A DNA stretch of 64,000 bases from an uncultured Gemmatimonadales bacterium (GCA_963739455.1 CAVUAK010000003.1:384001-448000), one strand, 5' to 3'. Shown: positions 48,972-60,259, counted from the first letter of the stretch. The notes: generated from the letters alone by a model not told the origin. Numbers and translations: made by a program.

Positions 48972-49406
48972 CTAGGAGTCGTCCGGTGAGCCCTGGTTGA
49001 TGAGCCCCACCTCGCGCAACAGGCAGTACAGGGCGGCGCTCAGCATCACCATGGCCCCGATGAACAGGACCGCGACGAGGGGGTCGAGCGGCAGGTCAGT
49101 GAAATAATCCAGGAAGAGCGCCACCACGACGCCGCATACCATGTGGGCACAGAGGGTGAGCAGGCGCAGTCCCGTCACGATGAACTTGCCCCGCCGCTGC
49201 AGCACCAGGCGACTGGCCGCGTTCGACACGCCGTCATCACCGTGGGCACGCAGTCGATCCATCACCCGCGCGAGGCGTTGCGTGAGCACCAGGACAAACG
49301 CGCCGATGCCCGACAGCAGGAACACCGGCGCCACCGCCGCCCGGATGATGTCGGCCATCTCATCCTTGGGAGCCTCCTGCGCCGCCAGCATCCAGGCCAG
49401 GAGCAT
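48972..49406 (-). CDS. DUF2721-like membrane protein
   Basis: VAPVFLLSGIG, RLARVMDR, LLREV. Confidence 0.75.
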   Translation of the reverse strand: MLLAWMLAAQEAPKDEMADIIRAAVAPVFLLSGIGAFVLVLTQRLARVMDRLRAHGDDGVSNAASRLVLQRRGKFIVTGLRLLTLCAHMVCGVVVALFLDYFTDLPLDPLVAVLFIGAMVMLSAALYCLLREVGLINQGSPDDS

Positions 49407-49421
49407 TATCGGCGCGCCGTC

Positions 49422-50000
49422 TTACGCAAGCTCGGTCGCCTTGGCGATGATCTTCCCGACGATGCCGTAGCGCTGCGCCTCTTCCGCGGTGAGCCAGAAG
49501 TCGCGATGGGTGTCTTCCTCGATCCGCTCCAGCGGCTGTCCCGTCTGCCGCGCGAAGATCCGGTTGAGCCGGTCGCGCATGCGCAGGATCTCGCGCGCCT
49601 CGATCTGGATGTCGCTCGCCGTGCCGCCGGCGCCGCCGGCCGGCTGGTGCAGCAGGAAGCGGGTGTTCGGCAGGCAGAAGCGGTCTTCACGCGGCACCGA
49701 CACGAAGATCAGCGCGCCGGCACTCGCCACCCAGCCCGTGCCGACGATGCGCACGCGCGGGGCGAGGTAGCGGATCATGTCGTGGATCATGTCCCCAGAC
49801 TCGACGTGCCCGCCCTGCGAGTTGAGGTAGATCGTGATCGGCTCCGAGGAATCGGCGGCCAGCGCAAGCATCTGGGCGCTGACACTGGCCGCCAGGCGCT
49901 GGTTGATCTCGCCGCTCAAGATGACGGTGCGGGCGCGGTACAACCGCTCCGCGACCAGTTCGGTGACTGATGTTGTCCGCTCGGCGGTGGGTTCCGCCAT
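49422..50000 (-). CDS. clpP: ATP-dependent Clp protease proteolytic subunit
   Basis: YLNSQGG, VASAGA (Ser), LHQP (His), RDFWL (Asp). Confidence 0.9.
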   Translation of the reverse strand: MAEPTAERTTSVTELVAERLYRARTVILSGEINQRLAASVSAQMLALAADSSEPITIYLNSQGGHVESGDMIHDMIRYLAPRVRIVGTGWVASAGALIFVSVPREDRFCLPNTRFLLHQPAGGAGGTASDIQIEAREILRMRDRLNRIFARQTGQPLERIEEDTHRDFWLTAEEAQRYGIVGKIIAKATELA

Positions 50001-50045
50001 GGCATGCCTCCGTGAGGGTTTCAGGATCACCAATCTAGCCTCGCG

Positions 50046-50420
50046 CTAGGCGTTTTGCCGCCGCTGATCCCATGCGATTACCACAAGGCAAAGGATGAGC
50101 AGGACGCTGTATTCCGCGCCGTTCCTGCCCCCACCGACCACGAACCAGCCGTCCCGGGCATGGACCAGGGCGATGCCGAGCAGCAGCTGGAACACGAGGT
50201 AGCCGGCAATCGGGATGACGAATCGGCCGGAGGCCAGCAGCACGCTGGCGACGATCTCGATCGTGGTGACGGCGGCAGCCCATGCCACGCCGGCCGGAAA
50301 CCCGATGCTCGAGAGCCATTCACCGAAAAGCGGCACGCCCCCGGTGGCAGCGCGGAAGGAGCCGTGAATGAACATCAGGGTCGCAACACCAACGCGTAGC
50401 AGGACGACGGGCGAGCGCAT
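50046..50420 (-). CDS. DoxX family membrane protein
   Basis: LLRVGVATLMFIHG, GWFVVGGGRNGAEY. Confidence 0.85.
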   Translation of the reverse strand: MRSPVVLLRVGVATLMFIHGSFRAATGGVPLFGEWLSSIGFPAGVAWAAAVTTIEIVASVLLASGRFVIPIAGYLVFQLLLGIALVHARDGWFVVGGGRNGAEYSVLLILCLVVIAWDQRRQNA

Positions 50421-50524
50421 CGGGCCTCGGGTGTCTGGGGTGGGGCGGCTTGGGGTAGCGGGGGACGTCTTCCGGACCGGACGACCCGTTGCCGTCCTTG
50501 GTTTCGCCCGGTAGAGTCTGGTCC

Positions 50525-53132
50525 GTGAAACTGTCCGACGCGAATACCCTCCGCGAGCGCCTGAACATCTCCAGGCTCGCCCTCAGGCACCCGCGCGCCA
50601 CGGTGGTGGTGTGGGTGCTCGTTTCCCTCGCTGGCGCGTGGGCCTACAGCCATCTCCGCCTGGCGCTCTTTCCCGATGTCACCTTTCCCTTGGTGGTGGT
50701 TACCGCCAGTGCGCCGGGGCTCTCGCCGCAGGGAGCGGAGGCGGCCGTCACGCTGCCGATCGAGCGGCGCATGCATGGGCTGCGCGACCTCAAGAGCCTC
50801 GAGTCGACCACGTCGCCGGGCAAGGTGCTGGTCGCGGTCGAGTTCGAGGTGGGAGTCTCCCTGCGCGAGGCACGCCGCCGCGTCGACTCCGCGCTCGCCG
50901 GTCTCGATCTCCCGGGTGGCATCACGCCGAACACGCGACCCATCGACATCAACGAGTCGCCGGTGGTCACCTATGTGCTCGTGGGTGAGTATCGCACGCC
51001 GGCACAGCTGATGGGCACGGCGCTGGGCACCTTCCTGCCCGCCATCCAGGCGGTGCCGGGCGTGCTTCGCGTGGTGCCGCTCGGCGTCGATCCTGAGGCG
51101 GTAGCGGCGCTGGGTGGCACGGCGGTGGACACGGCGCTCCCGCACACCAAGGCGTGGCTGAATGGGCAGCAGGGCGTGGCGCTCGAGGTGGTGAAGGAGG
51201 CGGGCGCCAACACCATCGAGGTGGTGCGCCAGGTGGACTCGGTGGTGCGGCGGCTGCAGTGGGACAACCAGGATATTCACGCAGTCCCCGCCGTCACGCA
51301 GGCGGACTTCATCCGCGGCAGCACGCGCGCCACGATGGATGCGCTCTGGCTGGCGGTGGCGCTCTCGGTGCTCGTCATCTTCCCGTTTCTCCGGAGCTGG
51401 AAGGCCACCGCCATCTCGGCGCTGGCCATTCCGATTTCCCTGCTGGGTACGTTCGTGGTGATGAAGCTGGCCGGGTTCGGGCTGGAGACGCTGACATTGC
51501 TCGCGCTGGCGCTGGTCATCGGGATCATTGTCGACGACGCCATCGTGGACGTGGAGAATATCCAGCGGCACATCGACCGGGGTGATCCGCCCCATGTGGC
51601 GGCGATCGCCGCCACCGATGAAATCGGCCTCACGGTCACGGCGGCGACGCTCACGATCGTCGCAGTGTTCCTGCCGGTGGGACTGATGGGCGGTGTCACC
51701 GGGATCTTCTTCCGCCCCTTCGGCCTTACCATTTCTGCGGCCGTCGTGACGTCGCTCCTTGTCGCGCGCACGCTCTCCCCGCTGCTTTCCTCCTGGTGGC
51801 TCCGTCCCGCGGCCGGGGAAGCATGCAACGCCCGGCGAGGGACGGTGGACCCGATTCGCCGCGCGCTACCGCGACCTCCTGTCATGGTCACTCGCGCATC
51901 GCACCGTCGTGGTGCTGCTGGCCGTGCTGTCGCTCGTGGCCGGCGTGGCCATCATTCCCCTGATCCCGAAGGGGTTCATCCCGCGGTTCGACCGGAACGA
52001 GTTCCTCGTGGTGATCACTGCCCCGAGGGGAACCTCGCTCGACGCGACCAGCGACATCACGATGCGCGTCGCCGAATTCATCCGGGCCGATTCCGGTGTG
52101 GCCGACGTGTTCGCGGTGGCTGGTACCGCGGCGGGGGATCACGACCGGGCGATCCTCCACGTCCGCGTGCGCGACGAACCAGGCCTCTCCACTCGCCAGG
52201 TCCGGGAGCGGATCCGGCAACGACTTCCCTCTGAACGAGGGACGGACTTGAGCGTGCAGGATGTGCCCCTGCTTGCCATCATCGCGCAGAAGCCGCTGCA
52301 GCTGGCGCTGGTTGGCGAGGACCGGGCGGCCCTCGCCGCCGGGGCGAGCGAAGGCTGCGGATCACCTGCGGTACGCTGCCCGGTGTCGCCGATGTGCGGG
52401 TCACCGGTGTTCCCGACAGCGGCAGCCGCGAGACGCTGGAGCGCAAGGGTGGCCTGCCCGCGGCTCACGTCAATGCCAATCTCGTCGGCGGCTACGCGAT
52501 CGGGGCCGCCACCCGCGAGATCGAGCGCGTGGCGCCCTCGCTACTGCCGCCAGGCGTGTCGCTGGCGCTGGGCGGCGAATCGGCGCAGGCCGCCGATGTC
52601 TTCGGCCAGTTCGCCATCTCGCTCGGGCTCGCGACACTGTGCGTGGTGGCGGTGCTCTGGTTCCTGTTCCGCAGCTGGCAGGACCCGCTGGTCATCGCCC
52701 TCTCGCTGCCACTCTCCGGCGTGGGCGCCATGCTCGGGTTGTTCATTTCCCGCACCGATTTCGGCATGACGTCTCTGCTCGGCCTCATTTTCCTGTTCGG
52801 GCTCGTCAACAAGAACGCGATCCTGCTGGTGGACCACGCCAACCAGCTTGCGGGCGAGTGGCATGAGCCTGCGCGAGGCCATCCTCGCGGCGGGGCCTAT
52901 CCGCCTCCGGCCCATACTCATGACCACGTGCGCCACCATCCTCGGCATGCTGCCGATCGCGCTCGGATTTGGGGCCGGCGCGGAGCTGCGGGCCCCGATG
53001 GCGGTGGCGATCATCGGCGGGCTGGTTACCTCCACGGCGCTGAGCCTGGTGGTCGTCCCGGTGGTGTACGCCATCTTCGACCGGATCCACCCCCGCTTCC
53101 TCGAGGCGCGGCGCGGGGTTCCTCCAAGCTGA
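50525..53132 (+). CDS. RND permease, AcrB-like and short (~870 aa; frameshifts ~51820, ~52350, ~52855)
   Basis: [37 protein letters not shown]. Confidence 0.88.
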
Positions 53133-53218
53133 TGTCCATTATCTTGTTCCGGACCCGTTCCGGGGCCGCCGGAACCGACAAGTGCCACCTTCAACTCCAC
53201 CGAATCGAGTCCGCTACC

Positions 53219-53710
53219 ATGCGCTACCGTCCGTTGATGCTTGTTTGCCTTGGCCTCCTGGCTGCCGCCCCCGCGATGGCGCAGACGCCTGCGACCACCA
53301 CGCCGAGCATGGACAGTCTCCGTGCCGCGTTGCGCGCCGACAAGCGGCAGCTCGTCGCCGCCAACATGGTCCTGACCACCCAGGAGAACGCCACGTTCTG
53401 GCCGGTCTATGACGCGTACCAGGCGGACCTGGCGAAGCTGAATACCCGGATGGGTGTGGGGATCAAGGCATACGCGGACGCGTACAATGCGGGGAAGGGC
53501 ACGGTCTCCGATGCCGTCGCCACACAGCTGACCAACGAGTACATCTCGATCGAAAGCGACCGGGTCGCGTTGATGAAGTCGTACCTGCCGAAGTTCAATG
53601 CAGTGCTGCCGCCCACCAAGGTGGCCCGTTACTACCAGATCGAGAGCAAGCTGCGTGCGGCGGTCAACTACGAACTGGCAGATGCGATTCCGCTCATGGG
53701 GGGGCAGTAG
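53219..53710 (+). CDS. Secreted helical hypothetical protein
   Basis: Signal peptide AMA-Q, FWPVYDAYQ, KVARYYQIE. Confidence 0.75.
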   Translation: MRYRPLMLVCLGLLAAAPAMAQTPATTTPSMDSLRAALRADKRQLVAANMVLTTQENATFWPVYDAYQADLAKLNTRMGVGIKAYADAYNAGKGTVSDAVATQLTNEYISIESDRVALMKSYLPKFNAVLPPTKVARYYQIESKLRAAVNYELADAIPLMGGQ

Positions 53711-53725
53711 GCGCTCCAGGGCAAC

Positions 53726-56050
53726 GTGGATCGATTGATGTCGTGGATTGGATCGGGACTGCTTCGGCGCACCTGGCATGGAGCCGGGTGCGCCGTGGTG
53801 TTCCTGGTTGCGGCGACAACGGTTGCGCGAGCCCAGGCCACCGGCGCGGAGGTGGGCTGGCCGCGCGAGCTGGAGACCGACTCCGGCACGATGGTGGTAT
53901 TCCAGCCGCAGCCCGACCGTCTCGACGGCATCACCCTGACGGCGCGCGCGGCGGTGTCGGTGGTGCTGAAGGGCACCACCGCGCCGGTGTTCGGCGTGGT
54001 CTGGTTCACCGCGCGGACGCAGACCGACCGCGACAGCCGCACGGTGGACATCGACCAGTTCCACGTGACCAACATCCGCTTCCCCGGCCTGGAGGCCGAC
54101 CGGGAGAAGCGGTTTCGCGCGCTGGTCAATCCGGAGCTCGATCACTGGCAGTTCACGATGGAGCTGGACCGCTTCACTGCCAGCCTGGCACAGGTGGAGG
54201 CGGAGCAGCGCTCGATGGACCGCCTGAACACCGACCCACCGAAGGTCATTTTCTCCACCACGCCGGCCGCCCTGCTGATCTACGACGGTGAGCCGATCCT
54301 GCAGCCAATCCAGGGTACCTCGCTGCAGCGCGCGGTGAATACGCCATTGCTGGTCGTTTTCGATCACTCGGGCCGGACCTACTACCTCAACGGCGGCCCG
54401 CTCTGGTATTCGTCCCGCTCTCCAAGCGGTCCATGGTCGCGCATGCGTGGCCCGCCGCCGCCCAACGTGGCCAGGCTCGTGCCCGACTCGCTGCAGCGGG
54501 ACAGCGTGCCACCGAGCGGACCGCCGGCAATCGTGGTGGCCACGTCGCCAACGGAGCTCGTAGTGACGGACGGCGCGCCCAACTGGGCCCCGATCACCGG
54601 CACCGACCTGCTGTACGTCACCAATACGGAGCGCGACGTCTTCCGGACCATCGACGACCCGAAGATGTATGTCCTGCTGGCTGGTCGGTGGTTCCGCGCG
54701 AGCACGGAGGCAGGGCCATGGACGTACGTGGCACCCGACTCGCTGCCCAGGGTATTCGAGAAGATTTCGCCGGAGTCGCCCAAGGGCGACGTGCGCCCCT
54801 CGGTGGCGGGTACCGACGAGGCGATCGAGGCGGTGCTGGACACGTACGTCCCGCAGACGGCAGCCATCGAGCGCAGCACCACCAAGCTGACCGTGTCGTA
54901 CGCCGGAAAGCCGGAGTTCGAGCAGATACCGGGCACCTCCGTGCAGTACGCCCGGAATACCGACGCCAGCGTGCTCAAGATCGGGTCGCGCTACTACGCC
55001 TGTGACCAGGCGGTGTGGTTCGAGTCGCGCGCAGCCGAGGGTCCCTGGGCGGTGGCCGACTCGGTGCCCGCGGCAGTGGAAACGATTCCACCGACGTCAC
55101 CGGTATACAACGTCAGGTACGTGAAGGTGTACCAGGCCACGCCGCAGGTGGTGTTCGTCGGGTACACGCCGGGATACATGTGGTCGTTCCCGATGCGAGG
55201 CACCGTGGTGTTCGGGACTGGCTTTGTCTATCGCCCGTTCATTTCGCCGGTGGTCTTCATTCCACGCCCCGTCACCTTCGGGGTGGGCATGCGCTGGAAC
55301 CCGTGGACCGGCTGGACCATGGGCTTCGGGTTCGGCTCACCGTTCCTGCATGTGGGAGCCATGGTTGGACCGCCAATGTTCATCGGCGGATGGTGGGGGC
55401 CCTGGGGGCGCCCCATGTGGCCGCCACCGATGTTCCGCCCGCCCTTCGTGGGTTTTCCAGGCTGGAGGCCCATGCCCATGCCTCCCATGATGCGTCCGCC
55501 GATGGGTGGACGTCCGCCGATGGGCGTGCGCCCGATGCCCCTTCCGGGAAACAACATCTACAGCCGGCCGCAGAATCGCCCGCGGAACGTGCCGCCACAG
55601 GCCATCGCCCCGCCGCGCGGTCAGCCGGTGAACCGCGGGCCGAACAACATCTACGCCGGACGCGACGGCAACATTTATCGCAGGGATGGGCAGAACTGGC
55701 AGACGCGCGACAACAACCAGTGGCGGAGCACCCCGCCCGCCGTTCCGCCTGCCGCCGGACAGCGGCCCAACGCGCCGACCAATCCTGGTGGGGCGGTGAC
55801 CCGGCCCGCAAACCCCACTGCGCCTGTCGCGCGCCCGGCGCCTGCGCCCACGACGCGTCCGACCACGCCGGCCGCACGGCCGTCGCTGCCGCCCGACGTC
55901 AACCGCGACTTCCAGTCGCGCCAGCGCGGACAGCAGGCGACCCAGAACTGGAACAACACGGCGAGCCGCGCCCCACAGCAACGCCCGGCGGCGCCCCAAT
56001 CACGACCTGCACCGCAGTCGCGCCCGCCCGCGGGCGCGACGCGTCGCTAG
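53726..56050 (+). CDS. Large secreted protein with W-x7-GPW repeats and a Pro-rich tail
   Basis: 774-aa ORF, GWPR N-terminal motif, three internal repeats, low-complexity C-terminus. Confidence 0.75.
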   Translation: MDRLMSWIGSGLLRRTWHGAGCAVVFLVAATTVARAQATGAEVGWPRELETDSGTMVVFQPQPDRLDGITLTARAAVSVVLKGTTAPVFGVVWFTARTQTDRDSRTVDIDQFHVTNIRFPGLEADREKRFRALVNPELDHWQFTMELDRFTASLAQVEAEQRSMDRLNTDPPKVIFSTTPAALLIYDGEPILQPIQGTSLQRAVNTPLLVVFDHSGRTYYLNGGPLWYSSRSPSGPWSRMRGPPPPNVARLVPDSLQRDSVPPSGPPAIVVATSPTELVVTDGAPNWAPITGTDLLYVTNTERDVFRTIDDPKMYVLLAGRWFRASTEAGPWTYVAPDSLPRVFEKISPESPKGDVRPSVAGTDEAIEAVLDTYVPQTAAIERSTTKLTVSYAGKPEFEQIPGTSVQYARNTDASVLKIGSRYYACDQAVWFESRAAEGPWAVADSVPAAVETIPPTSPVYNVRYVKVYQATPQVVFVGYTPGYMWSFPMRGTVVFGTGFVYRPFISPVVFIPRPVTFGVGMRWNPWTGWTMGFGFGSPFLHVGAMVGPPMFIGGWWGPWGRPMWPPPMFRPPFVGFPGWRPMPMPPMMRPPMGGRPPMGVRPMPLPGNNIYSRPQNRPRNVPPQAIAPPRGQPVNRGPNNIYAGRDGNIYRRDGQNWQTRDNNQWRSTPPAVPPAAGQRPNAPTNPGGAVTRPANPTAPVARPAPAPTTRPTTPAARPSLPPDVNRDFQSRQRGQQATQNWNNTASRAPQQRPAAPQSRPAPQSRPPAGATRR

Positions 56051-57616
56051 TTGAGGGCTTCCCGCGACTTCCGCCACGCTGCCAGCCTCTCGCTGCTATG
56101 CCTGCTGCTTGCATGCCGCAGCGAGAAGGCGGGGACGTCGCCGGACTCCGCTTCCGCGCCAGATACGGCAGCCATGGCGGCGATGGACAGCGCTGCCGCC
56201 GACACCACCACGACGCCCAACGCCTCGCTCGAATCCGGCCCTTCGCTGCCCGGGGTTGGCTCAGCGCGGAAGTGGACCGGCGACCTCGACGAGATGCTCA
56301 CGCGCGGTCGTATCCGTGTGCTGGTGACGCTCAGTCGCACCAATTTCTTCATTGACCGCGGCAAGATTCGCGGCGTCACTCCTGATCGCTTTGAGGCGTT
56401 CGAGGCTGAGATCAACAAGAAGTTTGCCAAGCCGGGCCGGAAGGCCCTCCACATCGTGTTCGTTCCGGTGGTGCGCAACGAGCTGCTGCCCGCGCTCATC
56501 GCCGGGCGGGGCGACATTGCCGCGGCCAACCTCAGCGTCACCGAGAAGCGCCTGCGCGACGTCGATTTCAGTGCGCCGCTTCGCACCGGGGTCAACGAGG
56601 TCCTGGTCACCGGTCCGTCGAGCCCGCCGATCCAGTCACTGGGCGACCTGGCCGGCACGGAACTGTTCATCCGGCAGTCGAGCAGCTACTTCGAGTCGGT
56701 GCGCCGCGTCAACGACTCGCTCAAGCACGCGGGCCGGAAGCCCATCATTGTCCAGCCGGCCGATGAACGCCTCGAGGACGAGGACATTCTCGAGATGGTC
56801 AACGCCGGGCTGATACCCGCCACGGTGGTCGATGACCACGTCGCCAACCTCTGGAGTGAAGTGCTGGACAGCGTGACCGTGCATCCCGCTGTCACCTTTG
56901 CGACCGGCGGGCAGACGGCGTGGGCCATCCGGAAGCACAGCCCGGAGCTCAAGGCTGCCGTCGACGCCTTCGCGAAGACGCACGCCAAGGGCACGACGTT
57001 CGGGAACATCATCGACAAGCGGTACTGGCAGGATGCGGGGTACATCACGAACCCCGCCGGGGAGGAAAACCTGGCGCGCTTCCGCTCCATGGTCACCCTC
57101 TTCCAGAAGTATGGCGACCAGTACGGCTTCAACGACCTGCTCCTCGCGGCCCAGGGATACCAGGAATCAGGGCTCGACCAGTCGAGGCGCAGTCACGTCG
57201 GGGCCATCGGCGTCATGCAGGTCATGCCGAAGACGGCGGCGGACCCCAACGTGGGGATTACCGGCATCGAGAAGGTCGAACCCAACATCGAGGCCGGCAC
57301 CAAGTACATGCGCTTCATCCTGGATCGCTACTTCAAGGGTGAGCCGATGGACTCGCTCAACCGGGCGCTCTTTGCCTTCGCGTCCTACAATGCCGGGCCG
57401 GCACGGGTCGCCAAGCTCCGCGCGAAGGCGAAGGACATGGGACTCGATCCGAACGTCTGGTTCAACAACGTCGAAGTGGTGGCAGCAAGGGACATCGGGC
57501 GCGAGACGGTCACTTACGTGCGGAACATCTACAAGTACTATGTGGCGTATGCGCTTGTGGCCAGGCAGGAGGCGTCACGCCGGACCGCCGTGGAGGCGAA
57601 GCAGGCGCCGAGGTGA
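56051..57616 (+). CDS. MltF-like lytic transglycosylase (SBP_bac_3 plus SLT domain)
   Basis: Lipobox LLAC, GDIAAAN, YQES, AIGVMQV, SYNAG, ETVTYV. Confidence 0.88.
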   Translation: MRASRDFRHAASLSLLCLLLACRSEKAGTSPDSASAPDTAAMAAMDSAAADTTTTPNASLESGPSLPGVGSARKWTGDLDEMLTRGRIRVLVTLSRTNFFIDRGKIRGVTPDRFEAFEAEINKKFAKPGRKALHIVFVPVVRNELLPALIAGRGDIAAANLSVTEKRLRDVDFSAPLRTGVNEVLVTGPSSPPIQSLGDLAGTELFIRQSSSYFESVRRVNDSLKHAGRKPIIVQPADERLEDEDILEMVNAGLIPATVVDDHVANLWSEVLDSVTVHPAVTFATGGQTAWAIRKHSPELKAAVDAFAKTHAKGTTFGNIIDKRYWQDAGYITNPAGEENLARFRSMVTLFQKYGDQYGFNDLLLAAQGYQESGLDQSRRSHVGAIGVMQVMPKTAADPNVGITGIEKVEPNIEAGTKYMRFILDRYFKGEPMDSLNRALFAFASYNAGPARVAKLRAKAKDMGLDPNVWFNNVEVVAARDIGRETVTYVRNIYKYYVAYALVARQEASRRTAVEAKQAPR

Positions 57617-58743
57617 GCGAACGTCCCCTCCGCATCGCGATGGTGATCGATTCCTGGGATGATGCCGCCAACGGCGCCGTCATCTCGACGCGCCGATTCA
57701 CCGACCTGCTCCGCGCCCGGGGCCACACCGTCACCATCCTTGCGACTGGCGCACCTGCGACTGGCAAGGTGGTGCTCCGTCCGTTCTACATCCCGTTCGC
57801 CAACAACATCATGCGGAAGATGCGGCTGCCGTTTGCGTGGCCCACGCCTTCCATCCTCGAGGAGACCCTCGCGGCCCAGGATGTTGTCCACATCCAGTTC
57901 CCGTTCTACCTGGGTATCAAGGCCATCACCACGGCGCGACGGCTGGGGAAGCCGGTGGTGTCGACCTTTCACGTGCAGGCGGAGCACCTCCTGTACAACA
58001 TCGGGATCCGGAACCAGGGATTGGTCGAGCAGGTGTACCGGTACTTCCTGCACTCGATCTATGACCGCTCCAATCATGTCATCTGTCCCAGTGCCTTCGC
58101 CGAGCGTGAACTCCGCACGCGCGGGCTGAAGCCGCCGGCCACGGTCATCTCGAACGGGGTTCCACCCGAGTTCCGTCCAGTGCCGCCAGGGGGCGCCCCC
58201 GACTTCGGCGGGAAGTTCGTCCTCCTCTCGGTCGGACGCCTCGCCCGTGAGAAGCGCCACGAACTGGTCATCGACGCCGTGCGGCGCTCGCGCCATCGCG
58301 ACCGGATCCAGCTCGTCATCCTCGGTGACGGACCGCTGCGCGAAGAACTCGGGGAGAAGGGTCGCGACCTGCCCAATCCGCCGGTGTTCAACTTCCTCAA
58401 GAAGGAAGAACTCATCCACTGGTACGCTGCCGGCGATCTCTGCGTGCATGCTTCCGAGGTAGAGGTCGAGTGCATGTCGGTGCTCGAGGCGCAGGCCTGC
58501 GGGCTGCCGTGCCTCATTGCGGATTCCTCCCGGAGTGCCACGCCCCAGTTTGCGCTGTCCGCCGATTACCTGTTCAAATCGGGGGACGTGGCTGACCTGG
58601 TCCTGAAGCTGGACGCACTGGTGGATGATCCCGCGCGACTCAGTGCGGACCGTGCCGCGTCGCAACGCGCGGCGTCCGCCTACAGCATCGAGGCTTCGTT
58701 CGAGAAGCTCCTTCAGGTCTATCGACAGGTCACACGGAGCTGA
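57613..58743 (+). CDS. Glycosyltransferase family 4
   Basis: NGAVIST, ISNGV, VGRLAREK, EVECMSVLEA. Confidence 0.88.
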   Translation: MSERPLRIAMVIDSWDDAANGAVISTRRFTDLLRARGHTVTILATGAPATGKVVLRPFYIPFANNIMRKMRLPFAWPTPSILEETLAAQDVVHIQFPFYLGIKAITTARRLGKPVVSTFHVQAEHLLYNIGIRNQGLVEQVYRYFLHSIYDRSNHVICPSAFAERELRTRGLKPPATVISNGVPPEFRPVPPGGAPDFGGKFVLLSVGRLAREKRHELVIDAVRRSRHRDRIQLVILGDGPLREELGEKGRDLPNPPVFNFLKKEELIHWYAAGDLCVHASEVEVECMSVLEAQACGLPCLIADSSRSATPQFALSADYLFKSGDVADLVLKLDALVDDPARLSADRAASQRAASAYSIEASFEKLLQVYRQVTRS

Positions 58744-58754
58744 GCGTCTCGCCC

Positions 58755-58782
58755 TGCAACCTTTCCTGCCCGGTGCCCGTCA
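58755..58782 (+). promoter_or_regulatory. Putative ECF-sigma promoter
   Basis: TGCAAC-N17-CGTCA. Confidence 0.5.
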
Positions 58783-58825
58783 GACAGGCGTCGAATTCCA
58801 CCCGCTAACACTGAACTGGGACTTC

Positions 58826-60259
58826 ATGCGGCTTCTCCGATATGCCGGCGCCTCGGCGCTGCTGCTATTTCTTGTCACGTCAGCAGCCTGGTCCCAGGCG
58901 GCTCCTCCTGCCTCGAGGCCGGGAGCCACTGCCATTGCGGCGTCCGATACCACTGCGACGGCCCGCATCATCGCTGAGATCGGCGCGAACCAGCGCGCGA
59001 TGACCGACCTTGCCTGGCTCACCTACAACATCGGGCCCCGACTCACCGGCTCGGACCGGCTGGTGCGCGCTCACGCGTGGGCGGAGAGTACCCTGGTGGC
59101 CCGGGGGGCGTCGAACGTGCATCGCGAAGCATATGAGTTTGGCCGCTCATGGACCCGCGGACCGGCGACGGCGCGGTTCGTCACCCAGAACGGCGATGCC
59201 ATCACCCTCGCTGCGCTGGGCTGGTCCAAGCCGACGCCCGGGCCGTTGAAGGGTGACGTCCTCATGGTGACGGGGAAGTCGGCGACAGATCTCGAGAAGT
59301 ACTTTGGCCAGTTCAAGGGGCGCATTGTCATCTACGGTGACATGCCGCCATGGGATGCCGACAGCCTCAACCTGATCGCGGTCAGGGACCGGATCGCGAT
59401 CGCCATCCGGGACGAGGGCGCCACCGCCTTCCTGGCGTCAGCGGGAAAGCGCGAGGGACTGACCATGACCGGCGGCCCTGTGTGGCGGCTCGGTACCTGG
59501 TCGCCGCAGGTTCCGTTTGCATTCGTCAGCACCAGGGACTTCGCCGCCATTCGCCAGGCAGCGGCTACCGGGGAGCGCGTGACCCTGGAGATCAACCTTC
59601 CGAGCACCACTTCCGCAGCACCGGTTCAGGCCTTCAACACCATCGCCGAGATTCCCGGCTCCGACCTCGCCAACGAAGTCGTGATCATCGGTGCCCACAT
59701 CGATTCATGGGACCTCGGCACGGGAGCCACGGACAATGGCACCGGTGTCGTCGCCGTCATCGAGGCACTCCGTGCCATCCAGGCCACGGGCCTCAAGCCG
59801 CGTCGCACCATCCGGGTGGCGCTCTTCTCAGGTGAGGAGCAGGGACACTGGGGGTCGAAGGCCTACGTGAAGGCGCACGCATCGGAGATGGACAATGTGC
59901 AGGCGGTGCTGATCCTCGACCTCGGCACTGGCAAGGTGCGTGGCTGGGCACTGCAGGGCAGGGAAGACAGTCGAGGCCTCATGGCTGAGGCCGTGGCCCC
60001 CCTCAATGACCTCGGTGTGGTGGAGTTGCCACTCGAACGATCAGGCGACTCGGATCACGCCTCGTTCACCGATGTTGGTGTTCCGGGCTTCTTCGCGGTG
60101 CAGGATCAGCTCGACTACTTCACCATAACGCACCACAGCCAGTTCGACACCTTCGATCGGGTGGACCAGGCCCAGCTCATCCAGGCCATCACCGCCATCA
60201 CCGTCACTGCGTGGGACCTGGCGAACATGCCGGCGCGGCTTCCGCATGGGATGCGCTAG
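58826..60259 (+). CDS. M28 peptidase (carboxypeptidase Q-like), secreted
   Basis: GPRLTGS, GAHIDSWD, GATDNG, GEEQG, SDH, THHS. Confidence 0.9.
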   Translation: MRLLRYAGASALLLFLVTSAAWSQAAPPASRPGATAIAASDTTATARIIAEIGANQRAMTDLAWLTYNIGPRLTGSDRLVRAHAWAESTLVARGASNVHREAYEFGRSWTRGPATARFVTQNGDAITLAALGWSKPTPGPLKGDVLMVTGKSATDLEKYFGQFKGRIVIYGDMPPWDADSLNLIAVRDRIAIAIRDEGATAFLASAGKREGLTMTGGPVWRLGTWSPQVPFAFVSTRDFAAIRQAAATGERVTLEINLPSTTSAAPVQAFNTIAEIPGSDLANEVVIIGAHIDSWDLGTGATDNGTGVVAVIEALRAIQATGLKPRRTIRVALFSGEEQGHWGSKAYVKAHASEMDNVQAVLILDLGTGKVRGWALQGREDSRGLMAEAVAPLNDLGVVELPLERSGDSDHASFTDVGVPGFFAVQDQLDYFTITHHSQFDTFDRVDQAQLIQAITAITVTAWDLANMPARLPHGMR

